IMG/VR virus record: IMGVR_UViG_3300011444_000017
Span: 1 to 36,026 of that record
Reading direction: 5' to 3' (one strand)
Source of the DNA: a virus
Taxonomy: Duplodnaviria > Caudoviricetes
Length of the DNA: 36,026 bases
Shown: positions 15,297 through 24,904 of the stretch, piece after piece
How the letters are laid out: each line of letters opens with the position of its first letter
Position numbering within the stretch: the first letter of the stretch is position 1
Made by a program: the position numbers and the translations under genes
Notes under the pieces: model-generated
The model's database searches: none
Told to the model about the DNA's origin: nothing
The model's input: the letters and a program-made list of their open reading frames with translations, nothing else

Positions 15297-16883
15297 GTGC
15301 TTCTGACCGCCGACGAGATCGCCCGCGACCCCTACCGCTGGCTCCTTAGCGAGAAGGAGGAGGGCGGGGACGACGAACACCTCTCCGCCGGCGCCCTCTT
15401 CGAGGAGCTGAACGACGGACTCGCCGAGGCGTCGTCGCGAGTGCTGGTCCCGAAGAAGGGCAAACTCTTTGAGGCCGACGGCTCGATGAAGGTCTGCATC
15501 ATCCGGCCGTGCCTCTCCCGAGGCAAGCGGCTCGGTCCTCAGAAGCTCCCCCCGATCTACGAGGCGGCGATGCTGAAGCGGAACGCCGGCGTCTTCTCCG
15601 GCTGGCCGATGTACATGGACCACATGATCGCGGAGGCCCTCAAGGAGATGGCCGACGAGCTGCGCGAGGCCGCCGACGGAACCGACCTCCTCGGCTGGCT
15701 CGAAGAGAGGGCACGCTCGATCAAGGAACTCGGCGGCCGCGTCGTCGAGTCCTGGTGGGACCCCGAGATCGTCTACGAGGACGACGCCGACTTCGGCTAT
15801 CGGCCGGGAGGCGTGGTCGGCCGCGTCATCCCGCAGGACCATCCCAAACGGATGCTTGAGGCCGACCCCGGACTCCTGCACGTCTCCATTAACGCTTGGC
15901 CGACCGGAGCAAAGGTGGGCGCACCGAGCTGGGACGGATCGCAGCGAGGGATGGCGATCGAGGGCATTCGCAAGCGCCCGATGGGAAGCGTCGATTGGGT
16001 CTTCCGCGGCGGAGCCGGAGGGCGTCCGCTCCTAGAGGAGGACGAGGAGTTCCGCGCACGTGCGGTTTCACTCCTGGAGTCGGTCTATTCTGCCGCCAAG
16101 TCGAAAGACGCCCCCCCGAAACGGACGCAGACGATGCCCGACAAAAAACTCTCCGAGATGACCCCCGACGAGCTGCGCGAGCACCTCAAGGAGAACGGCG
16201 CCGAGCATCTAGTCGAGGCGCTGGCGGAGGGCGACGGCGACGGAGGCGGTAAAGACGGGAAAGAGGAGAACGGCGGCGCGGCTCTGACGCGCGACGACGT
16301 GAAGAAAATCGTCAAAGAGGCTCTGGGCGAGGGCATGGAGTCCATCGCCGAGGAGTTGGAGGGTAACGCCGAGTCCGTAGAGGAGCAGGTCAAAGAGCAG
16401 CTGAAAGAGCGCGAGGAGGCCCGAGTTCTGGAGCGCCGCGCCGAGCAGCTGCTGGCCGAGGCGACTCGCAACGGCTTCCCGAAGAGGAGCGCCGACGATA
16501 TAAGGCTTCGCTACACGATCACGCCCGGCTCGGGCGTCCCGGCCGCGCTGACGGTCGAGGAGGATGACCTGACCGTCACCGAGTCCGACGAGGACGGCAA
16601 GAACGAGCGGCAGGTCACGCTGACGGCCCCGCAGGTCGTCGAGCGCCGGGTCCGCGAGGACATAGACCACGTGATCGACGTGCTCCGCGAGTCCGGAGCG
16701 TCGCCGCAGGTCAAGGGCTTCGGCCGCTCCGAGAAGGACGCCGGCGCCGAAGGTTCCAAGAGCGGTCGAGTCCGCGAGGCTTCCGCCTTCCGCGCCTTCC
16801 TGCACGAACGTGGCCTCGTCTCCGATGACCTGGAGAAGACCGAGGAGGGCATCCGCGAGATGGTATCGGAGGGGATCGGCTGA
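15297..16883 (+). CDS. Prohead protease / scaffold fusion
   Basis: Upstream of the capsid genes; MYMDH, VSINA and SVDWVFRGGAGG protease-like motifs; acidic coiled-coil C-terminal half. Confidence 0.8.
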   Translation: MLLTADEIARDPYRWLLSEKEEGGDDEHLSAGALFEELNDGLAEASSRVLVPKKGKLFEADGSMKVCIIRPCLSRGKRLGPQKLPPIYEAAMLKRNAGVFSGWPMYMDHMIAEALKEMADELREAADGTDLLGWLEERARSIKELGGRVVESWWDPEIVYEDDADFGYRPGGVVGRVIPQDHPKRMLEADPGLLHVSINAWPTGAKVGAPSWDGSQRGMAIEGIRKRPMGSVDWVFRGGAGGRPLLEEDEEFRARAVSLLESVYSAAKSKDAPPKRTQTMPDKKLSEMTPDELREHLKENGAEHLVEALAEGDGDGGGKDGKEENGGAALTRDDVKKIVKEALGEGMESIAEELEGNAESVEEQVKEQLKEREEARVLERRAEQLLAEATRNGFPKRSADDIRLRYTITPGSGVPAALTVEEDDLTVTESDEDGKNERQVTLTAPQVVERRVREDIDHVIDVLRESGASPQVKGFGRSEKDAGAEGSKSGRVREASAFRAFLHERGLVSDDLEKTEEGIREMVSEGIG

Positions 16884-17617
16884 TGGCACGCGACGACCTC
16901 GGCGTCCGCGTAGAGCGGATCGCCACCAAGGCAGTCAAAGACGGACTCCCGACCACCGAGGGCAAGTTCGTCGGCTGGGCGAACAAGACGACCCAGCTCG
17001 GCGCGTACGTCGATCCTTCCTCGGCCGCCGCGGCCCTGATCGCGGTCACCGAGCCCTTCGTCATGATGATGGGCGGCAAGCACGAGGTCCCGATCTCGGC
17101 GACCAAAGGCCACGCCCCGGTCGGCACCGCCGTGGACGACCTCCTCTTCATCGCGACGGCGGACAACGCCATCACGCGGAACGCCGACGCGGCCGGGACC
17201 AACGAGGTCCAGAAAGTCGTCGTCAAAGGTAAAAAAGGCAGCTTCAAACTCAAATTCCAGGGCGAGGAAACCGCCGCGATCAAATTCAACGCGACCGCGC
17301 TCGAAGTCCAGGAAGCGCTGGAAGCGCTAGGCGGGATCGACCCCGGCGACGTTGTCGTCACCGGCGGCCCCGGAGACGAAGGCGGGACGACCCCGTACAG
17401 CGTTACCTTCGGCGGCCAGTTCGCCGAGGAGAACGTCCCCGCAATCGCCGGCGTCAAATCGACGCTGGAAGAACCGGGCGAAGTCGTCGTCTCGACCACC
17501 ACCGCCGGCGTCGCGCCTCCCGGCTCCCTCCCCCTCGGCGTCGTCGAGGAGATCGACACGGTTCGCGCCGTGGCTCTTGTCAACACCAACGCCCTCGCGG
17601 CATTCCTAGGAGGCTGA
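16883..17617 (+). CDS. Capsid decoration/cement-like protein with an inserted virion surface domain
   Basis: Lies between scaffold and major capsid genes; internal NEVQKVVV...GSFKLKFQGEETAAIKFNATALEVQEALEAL module. Confidence 0.65.
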   Translation: MARDDLGVRVERIATKAVKDGLPTTEGKFVGWANKTTQLGAYVDPSSAAAALIAVTEPFVMMMGGKHEVPISATKGHAPVGTAVDDLLFIATADNAITRNADAAGTNEVQKVVVKGKKGSFKLKFQGEETAAIKFNATALEVQEALEALGGIDPGDVVVTGGPGDEGGTTPYSVTFGGQFAEENVPAIAGVKSTLEEPGEVVVSTTTAGVAPPGSLPLGVVEEIDTVRAVALVNTNALAAFLGG

Positions 17618-17619
17618 CC

Positions 17620-18729
17620 GTGAGAGGACGCTGGGGACACTACGGCAAGCACCTCGAAATCTTGGAGATGTACAAGGACTTCCGGGACGACCCGGCGATC
17701 CTTGCCGCGCTGACGGAGGCCGACTCCGACGGCTACCTCATGGAGGGTTCCGGTTCGCCGGAAGGCCGCGCGAGTTTCCCCTTCTTCCTCCAGACGATGA
17801 TCCGGACCCGCCTCCGCGCTCGGTTCACGACCGCCGCGAGCGTCTGGGATCAGTACGTCGGGACGGAGAACGCCCAGGACTTCCGGGAGCACACCGTCCA
17901 CAGCCTCGGCTCGATCCGCGGCGTCGCGGGCATCCCGGAGCACGGCGAGTACCCGCGCCTCCGGTCCTCCGAGGAAGGCGGCCCGAGCTTCATGGTCGGC
18001 AAGTATGGCGGTATCTACGCCGTCACCTACGAGCTGATCATCAACGACGACACCGGCGAGATGCTGGACCGCATCCCCGGCGACCTCGGCGAAATGATGA
18101 GCGACTACCTCAACCAGGCGGTCACGGCGTTCATCGAGTCGAACCCGACATATGTTGACGGGAACCCCTTCTTCGGCGAAGCGCACAAAAACGAAGTCAC
18201 CGGCGAAGACGCCGACCCGACCGAGGACAACCTCGCCGCGCTCCTCGATCTGATCCGGCTCCGCCGCAACGCGGACGGCATCCCGCTGAACATCAAACCG
18301 CGCCGCATCCTCGTCCGGAACCCCTCGACGAAGCTCCTCTTCGACAAGATCATCCGGTCGCAGACGACCGGCATCCGCCGCGACGCCAAAGAGATGGCCG
18401 AAGCCGGCGACCAGTTCGCGCCGGGCAACTTCAACCCGCTCGTCAACGCGCTCCCGCCCGACGCGACGATCGAAGACCCCTTCCTGAACGACCCGAACGA
18501 CTGGTATCTGCTCTCGGATGCCGACGCGCGGCCGCCCTTCGTCGTCGCCTTCCTCCGCAACCAAAAAACGCCGTACATCTTCCAGAAGAACGACGGGATG
18601 CGCGGCGTCGGCGGAGGCGGCGAGGACCCCTACATGCTGAACATCGACGAAATCCCCTTCAAGATCAGGCACGTCTGGGGCGTCTCGTCGGGCGAGCCCT
18701 TCGCCGCAGTCCGGGCGAGGCCGAGCTGA
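17620..18729 (+). CDS. Major capsid protein (Mu gpT-like, HK97 fold)
   Basis: IPEHGEYP, KYGGIYAVTYELIINDD, LNIKPRRILV, DWYLLSD and FKIRHVWG motifs; size and position fit. Confidence 0.9.
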   Translation: MRGRWGHYGKHLEILEMYKDFRDDPAILAALTEADSDGYLMEGSGSPEGRASFPFFLQTMIRTRLRARFTTAASVWDQYVGTENAQDFREHTVHSLGSIRGVAGIPEHGEYPRLRSSEEGGPSFMVGKYGGIYAVTYELIINDDTGEMLDRIPGDLGEMMSDYLNQAVTAFIESNPTYVDGNPFFGEAHKNEVTGEDADPTEDNLAALLDLIRLRRNADGIPLNIKPRRILVRNPSTKLLFDKIIRSQTTGIRRDAKEMAEAGDQFAPGNFNPLVNALPPDATIEDPFLNDPNDWYLLSDADARPPFVVAFLRNQKTPYIFQKNDGMRGVGGGGEDPYMLNIDEIPFKIRHVWGVSSGEPFAAVRARPS

Positions 18730-18730
18730 G

Positions 18731-19465
18731 ATGGCGGACGGAGAGGTACTGCAGGAAGTAGGCCCGGTGGACGTGGACTCCGCCGGCGAGCTGGTCCGCA
18801 AAGTCGGCGTCCACAACCAGGCGAAGGCGCTGATCAAGGCCGTCGCTCAGAACTTCCCTCCCGAGCTGGTCGCCGCCGGCTCGCGCCGCGTCCTCGGCGG
18901 TCAGTCGCAGACCCTCGACCTGAAAGAGGTCGCCGACGCCGCCGGCGACGCCTTCCCCGACTTCGTGGAACTGCGCGGCGCCAAGGTTCGCGGCTCCGAA
19001 GCCCGGCCCGAGACGGTCGCCGTGAACGTGGTCTTCACCACGAAGAGCGGCCGGACCTCGCGCGGGATCATCCCCTACGACGACCTCTCGAAGTCGAAGA
19101 AGGCGTACGCCAAAGGCGTCCAGGACGGCACGGTCGTGCTCCGCGAAGACGACCCGGAGGCGAACCGCAAGGCGCTCGAAGAGGCGCAGAAGCGGATCGT
19201 CGAGCTGGAAGCCGAGAAGAACGGCGACGGCGGGACCGCCGAGCCCGACGAGGCCCCCGAACCCTACGAGGGCTACGAGGAGTACAAGAAGGCCGGCGAA
19301 CGGGTCGAGAAGATCGAATCCGGCGACCTCTCGCTCGTCGAGTTGCTGGCGGTCCGAGCGGCGCAGGAAGCAGAGTCGAAACCGCAGCAGACGGTCCTCG
19401 ACGCGGTGAACGCCAAGATCGAGGCCGCGGAAGCGGCGACGAAGCCCTCCTCGGACGACGACTAG
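18731..19465 (+). CDS. Hypothetical head-associated protein
   Basis: Directly after the major capsid gene; typical codon usage. Confidence 0.75.
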   Translation: MADGEVLQEVGPVDVDSAGELVRKVGVHNQAKALIKAVAQNFPPELVAAGSRRVLGGQSQTLDLKEVADAAGDAFPDFVELRGAKVRGSEARPETVAVNVVFTTKSGRTSRGIIPYDDLSKSKKAYAKGVQDGTVVLREDDPEANRKALEEAQKRIVELEAEKNGDGGTAEPDEAPEPYEGYEEYKKAGERVEKIESGDLSLVELLAVRAAQEAESKPQQTVLDAVNAKIEAAEAATKPSSDDD

Positions 19466-19477
19466 GCGGTCCTCACC

Positions 19478-20011
19478 GTGGATGCCCCCACGGTCGAGGA
19501 AGTCCGGAAACGGAGCGACTACCTCGCCGGCAAGTTCCCGGCCACCGACGGCGATGAAGAGTTGGCCGAGTGGATCGCCGCCGCCGACGGCCTCGTCTCC
19601 TCCTTGACCGGCCGCGCGATCGGCCCCGAAGCCGAAGGCGAAGACGTTCCGGCAGCGCTCGTCGCTCTCGCCAAGCGCGTGATCGTAGTGAAGATCGAGG
19701 CGATGGTCGCGGGCCTCGGCGGGAACTTCGCCGAACGGCGCTCGTCGATCTCCTCGGGGAATCTCTCGTCCTTTTCGGCCGGGTCCTACGCCGAGAGCTA
19801 CTTCGGCCCCGAAGTCGCGGCGAAGGCCGGGATGCTCGACCCGAACCCGATGATCGCCGACATGCTCTGGGCCATGACGACCGAGGCGAAGAAAGAGGAA
19901 TGGCTCCTGAAGTGGCAGGGAGTCGAGCCGCCGGCCGCGATGGCCCAGTCGTTCGAGTGGGAGCAGCGCCCCGGAGGGTACGGGCGATCGGGCTGGCCTG
20001 GGGGGTACTAG
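19478..20011 (+). CDS. Putative head-tail adaptor
   Basis: Synteny; PTVEEVR N-terminus and SFSAGSYAESY motif typical of gp15/gp6-like connectors. Confidence 0.65.
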   Translation: MDAPTVEEVRKRSDYLAGKFPATDGDEELAEWIAAADGLVSSLTGRAIGPEAEGEDVPAALVALAKRVIVVKIEAMVAGLGGNFAERRSSISSGNLSSFSAGSYAESYFGPEVAAKAGMLDPNPMIADMLWAMTTEAKKEEWLLKWQGVEPPAAMAQSFEWEQRPGGYGRSGWPGGY

Positions 20012-20392
20012 GTGCCCCTGGGGAGCGTCACGGTCCACCGTGCGGTTCAGCGACGTCTGCAGAAGACGGACGAGTGGGTCGAGGGCCAGCGGAAGACCGA
20101 AGAGACGGGCGGCATCCCCTTCCCGGTCCTCCTCCAGCTCCCGACCGGCGGCTCCGAGGAGGTGAGCCCGAGGGGGCGTCGCAAGATCAAGCAGCCCCAG
20201 ATCCTCTTCGAGCCCTTCGACGAGGAGGGGGGAGAGCTTTCGATCTCGGCCGAGGACGAACTCGAAATCACCGCCCCCGAGTTGACCGGCCCCGACGCCG
20301 TGCTCTGGCAGGTAGACGGCGACCCGTCGCCGCTCGCCAAACCCGGCTTCCTGATCGGCTATCTCGCCCGGCTCAAGCGGGTCGAAGACTAG
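20012..20392 (+). CDS. Putative head closure/stopper protein
   Basis: Synteny and size; beta-rich, with WQVDGDP. Confidence 0.6.
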   Translation: MPLGSVTVHRAVQRRLQKTDEWVEGQRKTEETGGIPFPVLLQLPTGGSEEVSPRGRRKIKQPQILFEPFDEEGGELSISAEDELEITAPELTGPDAVLWQVDGDPSPLAKPGFLIGYLARLKRVED

Positions 20393-20401
20393 GCTCCGGC
20401 G

Positions 20402-20905
20402 ATGGCCTACTCCGCGACCGGATCGCTCGCCGACCTCTTCCCGGCCGACTTTGTTGAGGTCGTCGGCCGCGACATAGCGGAGAACGTCCAAGACGCCCTC
20501 CGGAACTCGGCCGAGCACCGCACGCCGGTCGCTCAGATCCCCGAGGCGTACGACGGCGACTTCCCCGCCTGGGAGGAGGACCGGGGCGGCCGACCGCCGG
20601 GCACCCTCCGCGGCTCCTGGGTCGCCCTGCCGCTGGAGGAGTCGGACGGCCTGATCTCCGCTCCCGTCGAAAACTTCGATCCCGTCGCCTCCCACGTCGA
20701 GCACGACACCGCGCCGCACGTGATCTTCGCCAAGCGCGCGAAGGTGCTCCGCTTCCCGTCCGGCCCCGTCTTCCGCTACCGGCCGTTCGTCTGGCACCCT
20801 GGGACCCAGGGGAAGCACATGATGCGCGACGCCGAAGCCGACATCTCGGCCCGCTGGGAGTCGATCGCGGAACGGACGATCGACCTCCACGAGGCGGCTG
20901 CCTGA
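20402..20905 (+). CDS. HK97 gp10-like neck/tail completion protein
   Basis: RTPV...GTLRGSW...ASHVEHDT...HPGTQGKHMM motif set. Confidence 0.8.
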   Translation: MAYSATGSLADLFPADFVEVVGRDIAENVQDALRNSAEHRTPVAQIPEAYDGDFPAWEEDRGGRPPGTLRGSWVALPLEESDGLISAPVENFDPVASHVEHDTAPHVIFAKRAKVLRFPSGPVFRYRPFVWHPGTQGKHMMRDAEADISARWESIAERTIDLHEAAA

Positions 20906-21513
20906 TGTACGGCGACACGGACCTCGCGCGGTCGATCCGTCGCTACCTCTCGTTGATGTGGGACGAGGACTCGGGTTGGGAAATCAGGATCGCTCGGCGT
21001 GTCGTGGCGGACGACGAGCGGCCGGTCGCGGTCGTCCTCCTCGGCGACCGCCGCCCCCTCTCGGCCCGGACCTCGCGGAACCAGGGGAATATCGTCGAGG
21101 AGCTGCCGGTGACCGTCTACGCCTACCCGGCCGTGGGCGAAGACGAAGAGGCCGCGACCGTCGCCGCCGGCGAGATCAAGGACCTGCTCCTCCGCGTTTT
21201 CGAGCACGGCCTCTCGCCCGATCCGGAAGACGAAGACCAGGAACCGCCGTGGATCGCGAAGGCCGGTCCCTTCAACGTGCCGCTCTGGGACTACGACGGA
21301 ATCGGCCTCGACGAGCCCGGCCCCGACGAGCCTCACGACGTGATCTGGGTAGACGTGAACTCGCTCTCGGGCCAGAACCTCGAAGACCCCCAGGACGGCA
21401 AGAGGCGCACCGTCGTCGTGGAGTTCCGGGCCTCCGTCGAGCGGCCGGGCAGGACGGTCCAGGAAGGGCCGCCGGTCGCCGGACTGCCGGGCGGCTTCAA
21501 ACCGATCCCGTAG
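20905..21513 (+). CDS. Putative tail terminator
   Basis: Synteny (last neck gene before the sheath); TGATG coupling. Confidence 0.55.
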   Translation: MYGDTDLARSIRRYLSLMWDEDSGWEIRIARRVVADDERPVAVVLLGDRRPLSARTSRNQGNIVEELPVTVYAYPAVGEDEEAATVAAGEIKDLLLRVFEHGLSPDPEDEDQEPPWIAKAGPFNVPLWDYDGIGLDEPGPDEPHDVIWVDVNSLSGQNLEDPQDGKRRTVVVEFRASVERPGRTVQEGPPVAGLPGGFKPIP

Positions 21514-21560
21514 CTGCGGTTTGGGGTCCGGGGGCGACCTAGACTGTTGCTCGAATCCGG
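21514..21560 (+). promoter_or_regulatory. Class B (late-type) promoter for the tail operon
   Basis: CTGCGGT-N6-TCCGGG-N7-TAGACT, spaced identically to 15259-15290. Confidence 0.7.
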
Positions 21561-21791
21561 ATGGCTGAGCCCCAGACCAAAACTCCAGCGAAAGAGAAGG
21601 ACGATGAGAAGGAGCCGACCTTCCTCGTCTCGCAGCTGATCGCGGAGTCTCGCACGCTCGTCGGCGTCTCCCGCCACGTCGTGGTCGGCGCCTTCCACGG
21701 CGTCAAGGATTCCGACGAGTTCACACGCGAGCAAGCCGCTGAGCGAGTGAAAGCCTTCCTGGAGACGCCGGCCGACGGGAGCGGGTCGTGA
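21561..21791 (+). CDS. YqzN/YkzM-like small tail-operon protein
   Basis: FLVSQLIAESRTLVGVSRHVVVGAF...FTREQAAERVKAFL resembles the small gene preceding the PBSX sheath gene. Confidence 0.6.
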   Translation: MAEPQTKTPAKEKDDEKEPTFLVSQLIAESRTLVGVSRHVVVGAFHGVKDSDEFTREQAAERVKAFLETPADGSGS

Positions 21792-23254
21792 CCGCCACCT
21801 TCGTCGCTCCGGACAATCCCGGCGTTGACATCTCCTTCGTCGGGGAAAAGACGCTCCGGCCGCCCGCCGCCGCAGCCGCGACGATCGGCATCCCCTTTAC
21901 CTCCGACTGGGGTCCGGTCGGTGAGCTGGTCCGGATGAACGGCTTCGGCGAGCACGATGCGGTCTTCGGCAACTCCGCTACTCCCGGCCGTCAGGCCGTG
22001 CTCGGCGCCTTCATCGGCCCCGGCGTCGCGGGCAACCCCGGCGCCGGGTCGGTGATCGGCTACCGGATGGCGACGACCTCCGCCAAAGCCGCCTTCAAAA
22101 AAGTCACGAACACCAAACCGGAAGACGCCCTGAAACTCTCGGGCATCTACCCCGGCACGCGGGGGAACCGGATCAGCTTCGTGATCGAGGCCGACCCCGC
22201 CGATCCGACCAACAAGGCTCGGCTTCGCATCCTCTTCGACGGCCTCACGGTCGAGAAGTACAGCTACGCCAAAACAGACGTGGCCGCGCTCGCGACGGCC
22301 GTGAATAAACGGTCGCAGTACGTCGCCGCGGAATCCATTAAAACTGGCGTCGCACTCACCGCGACGGCGGGAACCTCCCTCGCCGAAGGCAACGACGGCG
22401 CCTCCGTCACCTCCGAACAGTGGCTCGCCGCGCTCGGCGCCTTCGAGTTCGCGCCGATCACGGTCCTCGCGGCCTACGCGCTCAACGACGAATCCATCCA
22501 GGCTTCGGTTATCGCCTGGGAGCAGGAACAGGCCAAAGCGATGCGGCACCTCGGCGTCGTCTTCGGCGGCAAAGTCGGAGAGACGTTCGACGAAGCCATC
22601 GAACGCACGGAAGCGTACGAAGACGACCACGTGGTATCGCTCGGGGCGGGCACCTTCAACGACGCCCTCCTCGACGCCGAAATCTCGACCTCCGAACTTA
22701 CCGCCCGCGTCGCCGGCGCCCTCGCCGGGCTCGGCGAAGAGAAGTCGCTGACGAACCTTCGCTTCGCCGGCCTCTCGATCGTCGGCGAACCGGAAATCCC
22801 GACCGACCAGCTCGCGACGGCCGCGAGCTTCGGCATCACCGCCTTCAAGCGCACGTCGAGCGAAGAAGCGGAGCTGAAGGTCGCTCGCGGCGTCACGACC
22901 TATACCGGCGACACCGACCCGAAGCCGCTCGAACTCTTCTCGGACCCCCGCCTGATCCGGGTGATGGACCTCTTCATCCGCGAGATCGTCGAGTGGGGCG
23001 AAGAAAATATCGTCGGCCCGACCCGCGTCTCCGATTCGACGAAGGCCGCCGTCAAGGCCCACGGCGAAGGGATGCTGAACGACCGTCTCGACCGCGGGAT
23101 CATCCTCCCCGGCGTCGCCGACGCGGAAAAGCCCTACTTCAACGTGCTGGACCCGGCCTCGGTCGGCGCCCCCGAAGATTCCATCCCGTTTGAATTCGGC
23201 TGGAAGTTCGCCCGCACGACGAACTTCCTCATCGGCCGAGGGAAGGTGCTCTAG
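21788..23254 (+). CDS. Tail sheath protein
   Basis: PGVDISF, DWGPVGELV, YPGTRGNRI, KVARGVTT and IRVMD motifs; 488 aa. Confidence 0.92.
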   Translation: MTATFVAPDNPGVDISFVGEKTLRPPAAAAATIGIPFTSDWGPVGELVRMNGFGEHDAVFGNSATPGRQAVLGAFIGPGVAGNPGAGSVIGYRMATTSAKAAFKKVTNTKPEDALKLSGIYPGTRGNRISFVIEADPADPTNKARLRILFDGLTVEKYSYAKTDVAALATAVNKRSQYVAAESIKTGVALTATAGTSLAEGNDGASVTSEQWLAALGAFEFAPITVLAAYALNDESIQASVIAWEQEQAKAMRHLGVVFGGKVGETFDEAIERTEAYEDDHVVSLGAGTFNDALLDAEISTSELTARVAGALAGLGEEKSLTNLRFAGLSIVGEPEIPTDQLATAASFGITAFKRTSSEEAELKVARGVTTYTGDTDPKPLELFSDPRLIRVMDLFIREIVEWGEENIVGPTRVSDSTKAAVKAHGEGMLNDRLDRGIILPGVADAEKPYFNVLDPASVGAPEDSIPFEFGWKFARTTNFLIGRGKVL

Positions 23255-23257
23255 CCG

Positions 23258-23767
23258 ATGCCCGCCTACCCCGGACCCACCGCAAACCTCAAGGGCACCC
23301 AGCGACGCTCCGGCCGCGCTTGCACCGTCTGGATCAACGCCGCGATGCGGGGCGAGATTACCTCGGTCCAGTGGGAGGTGCAGATCGCGCAGATCGCGGT
23401 CCAGATCCCCGGCAGCTGGCAGGACGAGACGAAGCCCGGCGCCGAGTCGCGCGCGGGTACCTTCCGCTTCCAGGACGTGGACGACCACTGGCGCCGCTAC
23501 GTCTCCGCGTGGCTCCAGGCTCGGCGCGAAGGCAATCGCGCCGTCGCCGCCGCCTTCCCCGAGTTCGACATAATCACCCAGATCGACGACATTGGCGCTC
23601 CCGCCGTCTCGCGCTGGGCGCTCCGGGGCTGCCAGCTGTTCAGCTACTCCGGCGGCGGCTCGCAGGACGACGATCTCCTCGTCTCGGACGTTCCCTTCAC
23701 CTTCCGCGAAGACGGCCCGGTGAATAGCTTCGAGTACACGGACGCCGGCGTCGTCACCTTCACCTAG
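23258..23767 (+). CDS. Tail tube protein (XkdM-like)
   Basis: Follows the sheath; RSGRACTVWIN N-terminus and DVPFTF C-terminus. Confidence 0.85.
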   Translation: MPAYPGPTANLKGTQRRSGRACTVWINAAMRGEITSVQWEVQIAQIAVQIPGSWQDETKPGAESRAGTFRFQDVDDHWRRYVSAWLQARREGNRAVAAAFPEFDIITQIDDIGAPAVSRWALRGCQLFSYSGGGSQDDDLLVSDVPFTFREDGPVNSFEYTDAGVVTFT

Positions 23768-23775
23768 GAGCGCGC

Positions 23776-24093
23776 ATGGCGCGCGTCGATTACGAGGCGG
23801 CCTGGACCGAGCTTCAGGCGTTCGCCGCATCCAAGACTTCGCACGGTCAGACGGACCTGCTCGTCAAGATGGCCCAGTTGGCCGACGAGCATCGGGTACC
23901 GGAGGACCTGCTGGAGAAGGCCGCCCGTCTGGGGCCAGTCATAATCCAACGCCCGGAGGCGCAGCCCTCTTCGCCCGACGATCCCCGCATCGCCGAGCGA
24001 ATGGCCGAGGAGCCGCCGGCCACCGATGACCAAGGAGGTCATGATGGAAGAGCAGCCAGTAGAGGTAGAGGGCGCAAAGCCGTCCCCGCGTGA
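23776..24093 (+). CDS. Hypothetical protein between tube and chaperone
   Basis: AGGAG RBS, protein-like N-terminal half; 3' end overlaps the next gene. Confidence 0.6.
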   Translation: MARVDYEAAWTELQAFAASKTSHGQTDLLVKMAQLADEHRVPEDLLEKAARLGPVIIQRPEAQPSSPDDPRIAERMAEEPPATDDQGGHDGRAASRGRGRKAVPA

Positions 24094-24640
24094 GCTAGAC
24101 CCGGACGACCCCGCAGCGGGTCTGCCGGAGGGAAGTCCCGAGGCCCTGATGGCGGCCGCGAGGGGCGGGGAGGTAGACGCAGCCGGCGAGAGCGAGGCCC
24201 TGGGGTTCCTGCTCGGCCGGACCCAGCCTCTCCTCTTCGACGTGCCGGTCAAGTACGACACGCCAACCGGCCAGAAGAAACTGGTCTTCGTGGTCCGGCA
24301 GGTGGACGGCGAACGCATCCTCGACCTGGAGAAGGAGCACCGCAAGGGTGACGGCCCCTTCGCCGAACTGAACGACGTGGCCTTCAACGCCGCGCTGGTC
24401 GCCGAGTCGTGCGTCGCGATCGTCGATCCGAGCGTCCAGGGCGCGGAGGTCGATCCGAGGACCGACGCCTTCATCGGCGGGGCTCCGGGGGGCGCGTCGA
24501 TGGCGATGCAGATCCGCTTCAAGTTCCAGTCGGGACTCCTCGACGGCGTGGCGGGTCAAGTCCGCTCCGTCTCGGGCTACAACCCGACGCGCGTCGAGTC
24601 GGCGAACCGTTCGATCCGGGACGCGGCGGGTTCTTCCTGA
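24026..24640 (+). CDS. Tail assembly chaperone (XkdN-like); true start may be the ATG at 24041
   Basis: Between tube and tape measure; SVSGY C-terminal motif; AAGGAGG RBS before 24041. Confidence 0.75.
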   Translation: MTKEVMMEEQPVEVEGAKPSPRELDPDDPAAGLPEGSPEALMAAARGGEVDAAGESEALGFLLGRTQPLLFDVPVKYDTPTGQKKLVFVVRQVDGERILDLEKEHRKGDGPFAELNDVAFNAALVAESCVAIVDPSVQGAEVDPRTDAFIGGAPGGASMAMQIRFKFQSGLLDGVAGQVRSVSGYNPTRVESANRSIRDAAGSS

Positions 24641-24651
24641 GCCGTAGGGGG

Positions 24652-24843
24652 ATGCTGTGGACGCTCTACTCTCAATGGCGCTTCCGCAGCATCTCCCCCG
24701 CCGAGCTGTGGAATCGGTCGGGGCTTCCCGCGCTCTGGCCGTCCCGCGTCACGGCGGTGGAAGAAGCGTTTGCCATCCATGCGGCAGAGCTAGAGAGGAC
24801 GACGGTGGACGTGCTCGACGCGCTCGGGGACGCACTCCGATAA
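24652..24843 (+). CDS. Second tail chaperone segment (gpT-like), either a separate gene or a -1 frameshift extension
   Basis: MLWTLYSQWRFRSISPAELWN...; lies in the -1 frame, which is open across the chaperone stop. Confidence 0.6.
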   Translation: MLWTLYSQWRFRSISPAELWNRSGLPALWPSRVTAVEEAFAIHAAELERTTVDVLDALGDALR

Positions 24844-24904
24844 CACCGAGCACGAACCCGAGGGACGACGGAGCGCGCCCCCGTAGGCGTTCGCGGAGGG
24901 CCTG

